Positions 8,449 to 19,521 of a DNA stretch of 64,000 nucleotides are shown one piece after another. The notes under the pieces are model-generated. The model saw only the letters and a program-made list of their open reading frames with translations, searched no databases and had not been told where the DNA came from. Position numbers and translations under genes: made by a program. This DNA comes from an uncultured Bacteroidota bacterium (GTDB lineage Bacteria; Bacteroidota; Bacteroidia; AKYH767-A; 2013-40CM-41-45), in NCBI GenBank assembly GCA_937871435.1, contig CALMQM010000103.1, forward strand, positions 28,574 to 92,573, read 5' to 3'. Within the stretch, counting starts at the first letter, position 1. Every line of letters starts with the position of its first letter.

Positions 8449-10080
8449 TTATTGAATGACAAAGCTCATTGGTGATAAACTGCGGGATGACTGATCCGCA
8501 CCTGTTGCCATTTTTGCTTTGATGTATTCAAAAAACACTTTGTCTCCAGCCCTTGATTTAGCCAAGGCATCACGCATTTGTTGTGTCAACTGATTCCCCT
8601 GTGATTCGAAATCCTGTGGATCTTTTCCTTTACCGGAGATAGACATTTTGAAATTTGTGATCTTGAAGAACAATTCGAAATCGAAGCCTTCGAGCTGAGG
8701 AATCAATGTACCGGCCATCAACAGATTTTTGTTGATCGGACCGCCCTTGCTGTTGGAGATTGTTGCTACCGGATCAGGTACACGTTTCACGCGGTATTCA
8801 AAGGTACCCATTGGCATTACTTTACCACCAATTTCAGCAGACACTTTGATGTTCGCCTTACCCACACTTGAAACTGTAGCAGTATAGTGACCTCCACCCA
8901 ATGCAGAATTAGGTTTCAATGCACCACCTCCACCTTCGATACTCACTTTTACTTTATCGTTGGATACACCAGGAACTGAGATAGACATTGGGTTATCCAC
9001 ACCGATATACAACACATTCATCTTGTCGGCAGAGACAACAGAATTTGGTTTCTGAGCAACATATGACTGACTGAATGGGTAGTATTCATAGCTTCCATCC
9101 GGTTTTTTCACACGGATGACACCGCCCCATTTTTTCTCACCTTCTGAACCCGGACGATCGTTGTATTTCGCGTAACCGCCTTCAACAGGAAGAGGTTTGT
9201 CGCTACCACCACGCATTTGTTTTGAAACAGAATCGTACGTAGCACCAATGAAAACCTCAGGAGCCATAGTAGATGAAGTAGCAGACAGGAATACATCAGC
9301 CTGGTAGTCTGAACCAATCGTTACAACGGTACTGTTCGCGATGACTTTAGCATTGAGTTTATCCAACTTGATGATATTCTTATCCACAGATGAAATCAAA
9401 TCGTCGATCACTTGTGATTCCGCATTGCGGATATCACTCTGGATCTTGGTAAGAAGAGCAACTGTCGCAACAATCGGATTGTGATAGAAACTGTTCATTT
9501 CCCAGGTACGTTTTCCGTCTTCTGCTTTTACAGGATCGGAAGTATTCAGGAGAATTTCCAATTGCTTTTTGAATCCTTCTTTGGAAGCAGCTGGAACATT
9601 GGCAAGAATGGTAGTCTTGAAAGCTTCCATGTCTTTTTTAAGTTCAGATGCTTTCGCGCCTTTTCCATCTGCATTGTCGCCACACATAATGAACGTAGGT
9701 ACGTCATAATTTTCTTTTGCTTCCATTTCGCTCAGTGAAGGTACTGCAGCTCCTTTGTCAATTCCGTCCGCGTTACGAATCAGGTCTTGTTTGAGATCTT
9801 CGATCTTTTTCACAAGGTCGTTCGCGCTTTTCTTGACATTGTTTGCTTTGTCATTTACATCCTTGTACTTCACTGCATCTACTGACATCGCCTGAGCGAA
9901 GGCAGCATAGGTATTTGCATTCTTTTTGTCGATATTTTCTTTTGATAACTGGACACTATCGTTGATTGTAACGAAGGCATTGATTACTTCCTTCGTGACA
10001 TTCAGCGCCAGGAGGGCAGTCAACACGAGATACATCATGTTGATCATCTTCTGCCTGGGTGTCAATTTTCCACCTGCCAT
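8449..10080 (-). CDS. gldM: gliding motility / T9SS protein GldM (PorM)
   Basis: 543 aa with a single N-terminal transmembrane helix (MINMMYLVLTALLALNV) and a long periplasmic region. Confidence 0.8.
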   Translation of the reverse strand: MAGGKLTPRQKMINMMYLVLTALLALNVTKEVINAFVTINDSVQLSKENIDKKNANTYAAFAQAMSVDAVKYKDVNDKANNVKKSANDLVKKIEDLKQDLIRNADGIDKGAAVPSLSEMEAKENYDVPTFIMCGDNADGKGAKASELKKDMEAFKTTILANVPAASKEGFKKQLEILLNTSDPVKAEDGKRTWEMNSFYHNPIVATVALLTKIQSDIRNAESQVIDDLISSVDKNIIKLDKLNAKVIANSTVVTIGSDYQADVFLSATSSTMAPEVFIGATYDSVSKQMRGGSDKPLPVEGGYAKYNDRPGSEGEKKWGGVIRVKKPDGSYEYYPFSQSYVAQKPNSVVSADKMNVLYIGVDNPMSISVPGVSNDKVKVSIEGGGGALKPNSALGGGHYTATVSSVGKANIKVSAEIGGKVMPMGTFEYRVKRVPDPVATISNSKGGPINKNLLMAGTLIPQLEGFDFELFFKITNFKMSISGKGKDPQDFESQGNQLTQQMRDALAKSRAGDKVFFEYIKAKMATGADQSSRSLSPMSFVIQ

Positions 10081-10139
10081 AGTCGGTTTGTGTTTTGCTG
10101 GTTAAGTGTAATTGGTTAGTTGTTCTCTGGCTGCTTTGC

Positions 10140-10946
10140 TTAGCTACGCAGGGTCATTGCAGACAACATGTTGCCATAAACCGTGTTGAGCTGAGAAAGG
10201 TTCTTCGCCAATGTCGCCACTTCTTCGCGATACTTTCTTGTATCATCGAGAGAAGAATTCAGGTTAGACATAAGCTCGTTGATACCTTCATAGAAGCGGC
10301 TTGTTTGTTTGAGGTGTTCACTACTGTCCTGCAATTGCAGTTCATACACCGCATTCAAAGAAGCCAGATTCTTACCTGCAGTTACAACCTGGTCTTTATA
10401 CACTCGTACTTCTTCGGTGGAATTCGATAATGCTTCAACAGCTGAAGCAGCTTTTGTGTAAGAGCTACTGAGCTGGTCAACTGACTGAGCAGCTTTCGAT
10501 ACATTCTTCACATAATCATCTGTTGCAACAGAAGCGCTGCTCAGGTTAGCCATGGAAGCTGTATTCTCGCTGAGTGAACGAAGACCAGATCCCAAACTTT
10601 CGATAAGTTCCGGACCGATTTTCGCGTCAGACATCAGTCTGTCCAGTTGTTGTGCAACCGGATCTGTTTTTTTCTTCTTTTCCTTTTTGCCATGTGAATC
10701 ATCATCCATTCCGGCAAGTTCAGGATATACGAGGGACCAATCCACATCTTCGTGTGGTGGCTCAAATGCGGAGAAGAAGAAGATCACCGCCTCGGTTCCA
10801 AGACCTAATACCAGGAAGAATCCTGAAAAAGGCCAGTGTTGAATTTTAAAAAGGGCTCCGACGATTACAATGGATGCTCCCCATCCATATAATCTGGCCA
10901 TGAATTGTTTGAACTTCTTTCCTTGTGTTAATTCGCTAAGTCCCAT
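10140..10946 (-). CDS. gldL: gliding motility / T9SS protein GldL (PorL)
   Basis: 268 aa with two N-terminal transmembrane helices (WGASIVIVGALFKIQHW, GFFLVLGLGTEAVIFFFSAFEPP) and a coiled-coil cytoplasmic tail. Confidence 0.8.
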   Translation of the reverse strand: MGLSELTQGKKFKQFMARLYGWGASIVIVGALFKIQHWPFSGFFLVLGLGTEAVIFFFSAFEPPHEDVDWSLVYPELAGMDDDSHGKKEKKKKTDPVAQQLDRLMSDAKIGPELIESLGSGLRSLSENTASMANLSSASVATDDYVKNVSKAAQSVDQLSSSYTKAASAVEALSNSTEEVRVYKDQVVTAGKNLASLNAVYELQLQDSSEHLKQTSRFYEGINELMSNLNSSLDDTRKYREEVATLAKNLSQLNTVYGNMLSAMTLRS

Positions 10947-11063
10947 AGTTTCGAATTGATTTATTGGTTAGACGTTGATTAGTTTATCGAGGATGGTTAT
11001 TGGTCAATAGTCATACACTTAGGCAAAATGCCCGAACGGGAGGATCGGGTATTTACCGGAGAA

Positions 11064-12350
11064 TTAATAATCCGCCTTGTCGCGTCCGAGGAAACTCATC
11101 ACGCAACGGAAGCCGACATAACATTTTGCAGTATCCTGGTACTCAAAAGTACGGGAACCTGTTTGCAGATAATACATGACATCTTTCCATGAACCGCCAC
11201 GAATAACCTTCCTCTTCAAAGCAGGAGGATCGGAATCTTTCGCTTCGTATTCATAGTCCGTGCTGACATCATGTGTGAAACTATACGCAGATTCATCAAA
11301 AGCATTGCTTGTCCATTCTGACACGTTACCGGCCATACAATACAGACCGTAGTCATTTGGCCAGTAGGATGTAGCTTTTACAGTATATACACCGCCATCA
11401 TCCATGTAATTTCCGCGCATCGGTTTGAAGTTACCCAGGAAGCAACCACGGCTGTTCCGGATATACGGACCTCCCCAAGGATATGGAGACAAATCCAGTC
11501 CGCCACGAGCGGCATATTCCCATTCCGACTCTGTAGGCAAACGGAAATCCTGAACAAAAGAACCACCGTTGTCAGCAAGATAGCTGTTCAACAATTGAGT
11601 TCTCCAGATACAGAATGCACGTGCTTGTTTCCAGGAAACACCTACAACAGGATAATCATCATAGGACGGATGCCAGAAATACATTTGTGTTAAAGGCTCA
11701 TGATAAGAATACGTGTAATCATGGATCCAGGCTAAAGTGTCGGGATATACATTGATAACATCTTTCTTAATGAAGACAGACCTGTCACGCATTCCCTGCT
11801 CACGATTTTCTTTCGCTGCGGCACTGCGGAGGTCAATCCAGTAATATTCAAAATTCAGTTTACGGGTATCAATTTCTTTACGACGATAGAAACGCTCTGT
11901 TTCAGGAAGGAACAACTCGGCAAGAGTTTCTTCATTCTGATCATCATCCCACTTGATTTTCTCTCTCCAGTTGATTCGTTCACCATATTCACCTTCTTCG
12001 ATCAGGTGTTCACCACCTATTAGTCGGTGAGCCAGGGAGTCACGAACCCAATACACGAACTGGCGGTATTCGTTATTGGTGATTTCCGTATTGTCCATGT
12101 AAAATGCCGGAATCGTCACAGTTTTCGCTTGTGCAGTAATTGCATAAGGTACATCCTGATCGCTTGGTCCCATGTTATAAGAACCCGCAGGAATGTAAAC
12201 CATGCCGAACGGATCAGCCTGGTACCACTTTTCTCGATGGAGAACGCCGGTGAGTTCACCCTTGTTCCCGCTCCCGCAGCCCGCCAGGCTCAACAGGACA
12301 ATGGAATACAGAAAACCAAATTTCTTAATCCCTAAGGTCTTGAGATTCAT
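11064..12350 (-). CDS. gldK: gliding motility / T9SS lipoprotein GldK (PorK), FGE-sulfatase-like fold
   Basis: Lipobox LSLAGCGS, 428 aa, and the formylglycine-generating-enzyme-like C-terminal motif RGGSW...VGFRCV. Confidence 0.8.
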   Translation of the reverse strand: MNLKTLGIKKFGFLYSIVLLSLAGCGSGNKGELTGVLHREKWYQADPFGMVYIPAGSYNMGPSDQDVPYAITAQAKTVTIPAFYMDNTEITNNEYRQFVYWVRDSLAHRLIGGEHLIEEGEYGERINWREKIKWDDDQNEETLAELFLPETERFYRRKEIDTRKLNFEYYWIDLRSAAAKENREQGMRDRSVFIKKDVINVYPDTLAWIHDYTYSYHEPLTQMYFWHPSYDDYPVVGVSWKQARAFCIWRTQLLNSYLADNGGSFVQDFRLPTESEWEYAARGGLDLSPYPWGGPYIRNSRGCFLGNFKPMRGNYMDDGGVYTVKATSYWPNDYGLYCMAGNVSEWTSNAFDESAYSFTHDVSTDYEYEAKDSDPPALKRKVIRGGSWKDVMYYLQTGSRTFEYQDTAKCYVGFRCVMSFLGRDKADY

Positions 12351-12493
12351 TTTTTTATGAGTAATTGATGTTTCCTAAAACAATTAGCACTGCACTCAAT
12401 TAAAGCCAATTAGGCGTGACATCCTTTAACGGGTGACTACACCATTGGTTTCATCAAATCTAAGCAATCATTTCCCTCAGCACCGGGCAATAA

Positions 12494-13420
12494 TCACAGG
12501 AATCTTACATTCCTGTGGAACTGCCTTTTCACCACTTTATTGGTTTTAAAACAATATCCCAGCATCACCTCGTGCGATCCGCTGCTATATGTTTTAATAT
12601 CAGAAGTTGTTAAATCGTAAGAATATCCCAGTTTAAGATTAGGAATAATTTCTAATCCAGCCATGAGAACGATAGCATCTTGTAAACGGTATGATCCCCC
12701 AACCCAGAAACGGTTATTGATCCAAAGGTTCGCATTAAAATCCGCCTGCGTGGACACCGCGTCAGACTTCAGCATCACCATTGGTTTTAGTGTTAACGAA
12801 GAAGTGAGGTCAACATTGTATCCGGCCATCAGATAATAATGACGTGCCAGAGAGGTTGTGATATTGCTGTATTTAATATCGCCCTCTGTAAGGTGTTGAG
12901 CAGAAATACCGACATACAGTTGATCAGTATTGTAATATGCACCAAAACCTAAGTCGAAAGTACCGCCACTCACGGAATTAAGAGGAATGCTTTGGTCTCC
13001 TACATCGTTGTAAACGAATTTGGAACCATCCATTGATTTTTGGTGATAACCTAAATCTACCCCAACACCAATTCGTCCTGAACCAAGATCCGCACGGTAG
13101 GCATAAGCACCTCTGAGGTTAAGATTTTTTTCCACTCCTAAATTATCCGCTGCGTAAACCGAAAGCCCTACTGCCCCGTGTAACAGATCAAGAGGCATGT
13201 CCGCAGTGAATAACATGGTCTTTGGTTCACCACCAAAGCCTGTCCATTGGTTACGATAGAGCAAAGTAGCACAGATTGCATCATTTGAACCTGCTACTCC
13301 CGGGTTCACCGAAAGTTTGGTGAACATATTCTGACTAAACTGTGGATCCTGTTGTGCAAGAGTAGCCAGGCTACTCCCCAGAAAGGCAATAAAAAAGGCA
13401 ACCGTAAGTGTTTTACGCAT
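12494..13420 (-). CDS. PorP/SprF family T9SS outer-membrane protein
   Basis: Signature N-terminus AQQDPQFSQNMFTKLSVNPGVAGS, 308 aa, beta-barrel-like composition. It sits in the porP position upstream of gldK. Confidence 0.75.
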   Translation of the reverse strand: MRKTLTVAFFIAFLGSSLATLAQQDPQFSQNMFTKLSVNPGVAGSNDAICATLLYRNQWTGFGGEPKTMLFTADMPLDLLHGAVGLSVYAADNLGVEKNLNLRGAYAYRADLGSGRIGVGVDLGYHQKSMDGSKFVYNDVGDQSIPLNSVSGGTFDLGFGAYYNTDQLYVGISAQHLTEGDIKYSNITTSLARHYYLMAGYNVDLTSSLTLKPMVMLKSDAVSTQADFNANLWINNRFWVGGSYRLQDAIVLMAGLEIIPNLKLGYSYDLTTSDIKTYSSGSHEVMLGYCFKTNKVVKRQFHRNVRFL

Positions 13421-13616
13421 CTTCGGATTTTGTACAGAAAGCTCTTTTTTGCTTCCTAAATCAAGTTGAGCGGGTAAAGTAATGAAAAAATAAAACTATA
13501 AACAAAATTTTTTTGAGTAGTCTGTTGTTAATATTCTACCGGATTTTTTCTTCACTTTTTGACCCGAAACTTACACGAATGGGAACGACAAAAGTTACCA
13601 CAGGAAGAGAATATAA

Positions 13617-14786
13617 TCAGCTCAATTTCTGAAAAGCCTGCCACCAGCGTTCCGGCATCTCGTCGTTGCAAGCTGCCTCATAATCTTTATAGGAACAGGG
13701 TACCAAGTGGTGTTTGTGATAGCGGATCTTGTTGCCAGGATAAGGTACTTCCATCCACCAACGTTCGCTTTTTTTACTCTTGTAAAAAACAATTTCCTGC
13801 TCTGATGATTTGATATTCACTCTGTATTTTACAAATTCAGTTTTGCTCTTCAGAGGAACATCTTTTTTCCTGTTGTAATACCCGTCAATTAAATACCAAA
13901 TCATTTGCGCTGCCAAATGAGAAGTCTGGTCGTGATTGTCAAAAAGCGGATTGATTTCATAGATACCGACAGATGTCAGCTTATCACTCATGCCGGCATA
14001 GCGCAGAATCTGGCATGCTTCCTCTCCATAAAAACCATTCGGACTTGCATTTCCGTTTCCGGGAGCATCACTCTGGCGAATAGCAGTGATATCGAACGAT
14101 AATATATCCGCGTTTCGTACGATCGGTTCTACTTCTTCCATATCCCTGCGAACCTGTCCAAGTCTGTACGCATCGAAATACAATTTCTCCATCAGGTCAA
14201 TTTGCTCATGACCAACAAAATAGGTTTGATACCCGATGTTGCTGAAGTTGAACAGGAAGTTGGGTTCATGCAACACAATTTTTCCGAGATAAGAATCAGA
14301 ATTATTCGGTTCTTCAGATGAACCCAGATCAAATCTTGAATCGACCGAAACTATATTGACAGTTTCTTCCAGCTTTTGATAGGCGACATATTGCGCAAAG
14401 GTGATGTCCTGTGAGCCTCCTAAAATTACCGGCAAAACTCCTTCTTTGAATAACTCCACATGCACAGTCGACAGAGCGGCATAGGTATCTGCCAGTGTAG
14501 CACCTGTACGTAAATTTCCAAGATCAATAATTTTGTATGGATGTCTCGCCAATTTGAGCGCATACAATTTTTCACGGATAATGTCCGGGGCCCTTCCACA
14601 TCCGTCATTACGCACCGCGCCACGGTCATCTCCAACACCTATAATCGCAATGTGAGATCCACTGAAATCAGGAAATCCTCCTTCTTCCATATGCATTTCT
14701 ACAACTGAACCAAGGGAATTTTTTTGCTCAGCAAATGCACCAAACCTGTCTTTGCTCAGTGGCTGAAAGTATTCCGAGAATTCCAT
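13617..14786 (-). CDS. arginase/agmatinase/formimidoylglutamase family protein with a C-terminal extension
   Basis: Mn-binding motifs HIAIIGVGDD and DIHT-like segments in a 389-aa protein, with an extra C-terminal segment of about 80 aa. Confidence 0.5.
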   Translation of the reverse strand: MEFSEYFQPLSKDRFGAFAEQKNSLGSVVEMHMEEGGFPDFSGSHIAIIGVGDDRGAVRNDGCGRAPDIIREKLYALKLARHPYKIIDLGNLRTGATLADTYAALSTVHVELFKEGVLPVILGGSQDITFAQYVAYQKLEETVNIVSVDSRFDLGSSEEPNNSDSYLGKIVLHEPNFLFNFSNIGYQTYFVGHEQIDLMEKLYFDAYRLGQVRRDMEEVEPIVRNADILSFDITAIRQSDAPGNGNASPNGFYGEEACQILRYAGMSDKLTSVGIYEINPLFDNHDQTSHLAAQMIWYLIDGYYNRKKDVPLKSKTEFVKYRVNIKSSEQEIVFYKSKKSERWWMEVPYPGNKIRYHKHHLVPCSYKDYEAACNDEMPERWWQAFQKLS

Positions 14787-14889
14787 GTCCGGTATTGGGA
14801 TTGATACGAATTATTGAAAGTAGAAGAAACCCTTTTGTAAATTAATTGCACTTCACAGAGAGCATTCCTTGCTTCATCAGAAATTAAGC

Positions 14890-17208
14890 TCAGGATTTTT
14901 TTCTGCGGAATGCTCCTTTTTTCTTGGGAGTCACCGGAGTGGAAGCGGCGATTTCATGGATCTCCGCGAGAGATAGTGCTTTAGGGTCTTTGTCTTTCGG
15001 GATTTTAATATTCCTGTCTCCATACACTATGTACGGGCCCCAACGACCATTCAGGACCTGGACAGTTTTATCTTCCGGGAATGTCTGAATGATTTTTTCT
15101 GCATTGGCTTTTCTCTTTTCTTCAATCAATTCAACAGCCCGCTCGTACGTAATGGTATAAGGATCTTCCTCTTTTTTAATCGAAACATAAAAATCACCCA
15201 GACGAACATAGGGTCCAAAGCGACCGATGGAAATTTGCACTTCAGTGTCTTCAAAGAGACCCAGTTTACGTGGCATTTTGAACAAATCCATCGCTTCTTC
15301 GAATGTGATGGTATCCAAACGCTGTTCTGTTCTGAGTTTTGCGTAACGCGGCTTATCTGTCTCTTCGGTTTTTCCAATCTGAGCCATCGGACCAAAACGT
15401 CCCACGCGAACGAGCAACGTATGACCACTGGCGGGATCAATACCAAGTATACGTTCGCCTGTAACACGTTCTGATTCTTTCTCAGTTGTAGTTACGGTAA
15501 CATGGAAAGGACCATAAAACTCCTTGATCATTTTTTGCCATTTCAGTTCACCATTGGCAATGTCATCGAATTCTTTTTCTACAAATGCAGTGAAATTATA
15601 ATCGAGGATGTCTTTAAAATTCAAAACGAGAAAATCATTCACGAGCATTCCGATATCTGTCGGGAATAATTTGTTTTTCTCAGCTCCTGTAATTTCTGTT
15701 TTTGTTTCAACGCTGATCTTGTTTTTCTTCAAGGTCAAAACCTGGTATGGGCGCTCCCTTCCCTGACGTTCCTCTTTCAGAACATACCCTCTTTTTTGTA
15801 CGGTAGAAATGGTAGGAGCATACGTGGAAGGACGTCCAATTCCAAGCTCTTCCAGTTTTTTTACGAGAGAAGCTTCTGTATAACGCGGTGGCGGATAAGT
15901 GAAGCGTTCAGTCGCGGTGACTTCATTCAGCTTCAGTTTATCGCCCACTTTCATTGGAGGTAATATTCCTTCCTGATCTTCCTGAGATTCATCGTCGGTA
16001 CTTTCCATGTATACTTTGAGGAAACCGTCGAATTTGATGACCTCACCGGATGCAACAAACTCTTCTTTAATTTTTGGAGCAGAAATATTGACAACAGTTT
16101 TTTCCAGTTGCGCATCTGCCATTTGAGAGGCGATAGTTCGTTTCCAGATCAGACTATACAATTTTTGTTCACGAGAGTCCGCATCAACTTCTTCTACTGC
16201 AAGATCAGTAGGACGGATGGCTTCGTGAGCTTCCTGGGCGGATGCTATTTTGTTTTTATACTGATGAATCTCAACATACTTTTTGCCGTAGTTTTTTGTG
16301 ATCACATTTTCCGCCATCGTCAAAGCATCCTGCGACAAAGCCACAGAATCGGTACGCATGTATGTGATCTTACCGCTTTCATAGAGTCGTTGTGCAAGCA
16401 CCATTGTTTGGGCAACACTGAATCCAAGTTTACGGCTGGCTTCCTGTTGCAAAGTGGAAGTAGTAAATGGAGCTGAAGGAGAACGTTTGCCGGGTTTTAT
16501 TTCCAGATTTTTTACGGAAAAATTTGCTCCGATACATTGTTCGAGAAATTTCTCAGCCTCTTCCTGTGTTTTAAAACGTTTGGGGAGTTCTGCTTTGAAT
16601 GATTTCCCCTCTGCTTCAAAAATTGCTACGACACGAAAAGAAGATGCAACTTTGTGCGCGTCAATTTCGCGTTCACGTTCCACAATCAACCGAACAGTAA
16701 CTGATTGAACACGTCCGGCAGACAATTGCGGACGAACTTTTTTCCATAAAACAGGAGACAATTCAAAACCAACCAGTCGATCCAGAATCCGACGAGCCTG
16801 CTGTGCATCAACAAGGTGTTTATCAATCTTTCGCGGATGCTTAATAGCTTCTGTGATGGCTTTTTTAGTAATTTCATGAAACACAATTCTTCTTGTACTT
16901 TCTTCTTCCAGCTTTAGTGTCTCAAACAAATGCCAGGAAATGGCTTCCCCTTCGCGGTCCTCATCCGTTGCGAGCCAAACCACATCGGCTTTCTTCACCA
17001 GCTTCTTCAACTCATTGATTACATCTTCTTTGTCTTTGCTGATTTCATACACCGGCTCAAAGTTTTTTTCCACTTTGATCCCCATCCCACTCTTCACCAG
17101 ATCACGCACATGACCATAACTGGACTTCACGGTATAGTCTTTTCCGAGATATCCTTCAATGGTTTTTGCCTTTGCAGGTGACTCAACGATTACAAGATTT
17201 TTTGCCAT
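14890..17208 (-). CDS. topA: DNA topoisomerase I
   Basis: N-terminal TOPRIM (LVIVESPAKAKTIEGYLG), the active-site region, and C-terminal repeats of the GRFGPY type in a 772-aa protein. Confidence 0.85.
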   Translation of the reverse strand: MAKNLVIVESPAKAKTIEGYLGKDYTVKSSYGHVRDLVKSGMGIKVEKNFEPVYEISKDKEDVINELKKLVKKADVVWLATDEDREGEAISWHLFETLKLEEESTRRIVFHEITKKAITEAIKHPRKIDKHLVDAQQARRILDRLVGFELSPVLWKKVRPQLSAGRVQSVTVRLIVEREREIDAHKVASSFRVVAIFEAEGKSFKAELPKRFKTQEEAEKFLEQCIGANFSVKNLEIKPGKRSPSAPFTTSTLQQEASRKLGFSVAQTMVLAQRLYESGKITYMRTDSVALSQDALTMAENVITKNYGKKYVEIHQYKNKIASAQEAHEAIRPTDLAVEEVDADSREQKLYSLIWKRTIASQMADAQLEKTVVNISAPKIKEEFVASGEVIKFDGFLKVYMESTDDESQEDQEGILPPMKVGDKLKLNEVTATERFTYPPPRYTEASLVKKLEELGIGRPSTYAPTISTVQKRGYVLKEERQGRERPYQVLTLKKNKISVETKTEITGAEKNKLFPTDIGMLVNDFLVLNFKDILDYNFTAFVEKEFDDIANGELKWQKMIKEFYGPFHVTVTTTEKESERVTGERILGIDPASGHTLLVRVGRFGPMAQIGKTEETDKPRYAKLRTEQRLDTITFEEAMDLFKMPRKLGLFEDTEVQISIGRFGPYVRLGDFYVSIKKEEDPYTITYERAVELIEEKRKANAEKIIQTFPEDKTVQVLNGRWGPYIVYGDRNIKIPKDKDPKALSLAEIHEIAASTPVTPKKKGAFRRKKS

Positions 17209-17618
17209 CCTTTAGTTTTCAATGGGCGCAAATAAAAGAATTTTCTTTTTAATTGAACAAATCGAATGTCCCGGAAGTGAACTGAGAACCTCTGAGAATG
17301 CTTTATCACAGCGGAAATCAGGCGGTTGAAAAAAAATCGACTGATTTGAAATGATGCCGGATTGTGTTAACAATTTTCGAAACGAAGATTCAAAATTCCG
17401 CAACGAAGAAATTCTATTTGATCGGACTTTACAATTCTTGTTTGCAGTTTATTATTATAAAATGAGAAGAGAATTTTTCTTCTCACGCAGTTAATATGTT
17501 CTATTTAATTTCTTCGAAAGCCCCCTACACAAAGAAATTTTTCTATCATTCCGTTTTTACAAAAAAAATGACGCGAATAAAATTTTATTCCGGAGAAAAA
17601 TCCGGCCTGTTGGTTGAA

Positions 17619-17873
17619 TTAATTTTCACCTCCCCAGATATCTGAGAGATACAACCATTTATCATTACATTTTATACGAATTCTGTAGGCTTTGAATTTA
17701 CCATTGTCGACAAGATTTCGTGCAGATTCAACAAAAGAAGAGATGATATCAATTTCTGATCTTTGATTCATCAAAGCATTCTGAATGGCAATGGAAGTGA
17801 GTTCAAAGCAGTCTGCAAATTCGCTATTATCTGTACTCACTGCGAGGCAAAGGCTTTCAAGTTTGATGGACAT
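17619..17873 (-). CDS. hypothetical small protein (84 aa)
   Basis: Isolated ORF in an AT-rich 0.8-kb intergenic region. No family recognised, and coding status is uncertain. Confidence 0.25.
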   Translation of the reverse strand: MSIKLESLCLAVSTDNSEFADCFELTSIAIQNALMNQRSEIDIISSFVESARNLVDNGKFKAYRIRIKCNDKWLYLSDIWGGEN

Positions 17874-18032
17874 AAAAAATCTTTAAATAGATTATTTTTG
17901 GTACTGCAATATATCAGTCTGTTCCCAATCTTCCCCCAGGGGGTAGAAAATTTATCTTAACAATTTTCTTTATCGGGATCAGCTGAACTTTATTCAAACA
18001 ATTTCCTGAATTTAAAACACTTAAGGTATAAA

Positions 18033-19206
18033 CTAATATATTTTTTCAATTTTCTTCATCACGCGTTTGTTATTTGAATCCACTATTAAATAGTACAAAC
18101 CATTCGCCAGCTTCGTCAGATCCATTTGTTCAGATCGATTTTTTAATGTTCGATGTAAAATTAGTTTTCCCGAATAATCAAAAACACAAACAGATGCCTT
18201 GTTGAATGCTGCTTCCGGAATTTTAATGCGCACAAAATCTGTTGAAGGATTGGGAGAGATTGTGATTTCAGAATTTCGTTCCGGATCTTCCGGATTTGAT
18301 AAAATTATTTGTGGAATGCCAGGAACACAGCTGGCTACATCCATATTATCATTGTTTGGAAAGGGTGTTACAGTTTGAACAAATGCCTGATTTCCACTAA
18401 ATCCAATTTGCACAACTGAAGAAGGATAAGTAGGATTTACGCTACCAAATACAATGTAAAATTCATTGTTTAACAGAAAGCATCCATATGCATGGAGAGT
18501 GTTCAGACTCAGCGCGAAGTGCGCGAGAACATTTCCTCCCGGACTAATCACGATAACCGAATCAGATTGTGTGGGACTTGAACCGTCCAGCGACCAAATA
18601 TTTCCCTGCGCGTCAACGGCTATATCTGCAATAGTGAAATTTCGATTGGGAGGCATAGCATAAATAGTGTCGTAGTTCGTACCATCGAACCGAAGGATTC
18701 CGTCACAAAGGCCACCATGGATTAAACACTGAAAATATAAATAAGAATGGAACCCCTCCGGAATTCGGAACAGCCGGACCTGAAGGAAAAAAGAGTGTGT
18801 CCCAGTTTTGTCCATTAAAATAATACACGTCACGTCCTGAATTCAAATTGGATCCATAGAATGTTCGAACCGACGTACCTGAATTTACATTATCGACATA
18901 AGCGAGTGACAACATAGGCGATGATGGAAATATAGTATCAATAAAATTGATCGCTGTTGGAGTGTATTCCCATTCAATGATCTCTCCATTCCCGTTAATT
19001 GTCCAGAAGTGAAATTCCCGGCATAGAATATCTTCCTGAGGATCAGCAGTCAGATTCGTAACGTCAACATGCTTGTTTGCAGGAAGAATACCACCCGTAA
19101 GTACATCATATTTTAATACATCCTGCGCTTCAGAATACTGCAGTCCTGAAATTATCAGGTTGGTTAGAATCAAAAATACAAACCAAAAAAGCGTAGATTT
19201 TTTCAT
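18033..19206 (-). pseudogene. T9SS C-terminal-domain cargo protein interrupted by a frameshift
   Basis: The N-terminal ORF (18703-19206, signal peptide MKKSTLFWFVFLILTNLIISG) and the C-terminal ORF (18033-18833, ending in a Por-secretion CTD ...GLYYLIVDSNNKRVMKKIEKIY) overlap in different frames. The junction is near the homopolymers at about 18785-18795. Confidence 0.55.
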
Positions 19207-19521
19207 TCAAATTTTCCTTCCGGGTATAGGCATCCAATGTATTGTTCATCATTGAATCTTTATAAAAGAATTTATTCAAACTGAATTAATTGATGCTGAA
19301 TGAGAATTGAAGACTCTTCATCTGACAATGAAAATACACATATATATATTGCTAAAAACAGAATCTTCTAATTCAAGCTTGTCTTAAAAGAACCTCCAAT
19401 TGCAGAAGAGGCACAAATTTTTCAAACATCAGGATTATTCAAGTATATGCTATATTTCTGTCTTTCAGTCTTTTACAATAATAACGAAGGCGTATTACAT
19501 CAATGTATTTTCCCTGCCATC

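Noticed and set aside
13559-13813. Plus-strand 84-aa ORF overlapping the 3' end of the arginase-family gene.
   Set aside because: It is fully embedded antisense to a well-supported CDS, with a Cys-rich nonsense composition.
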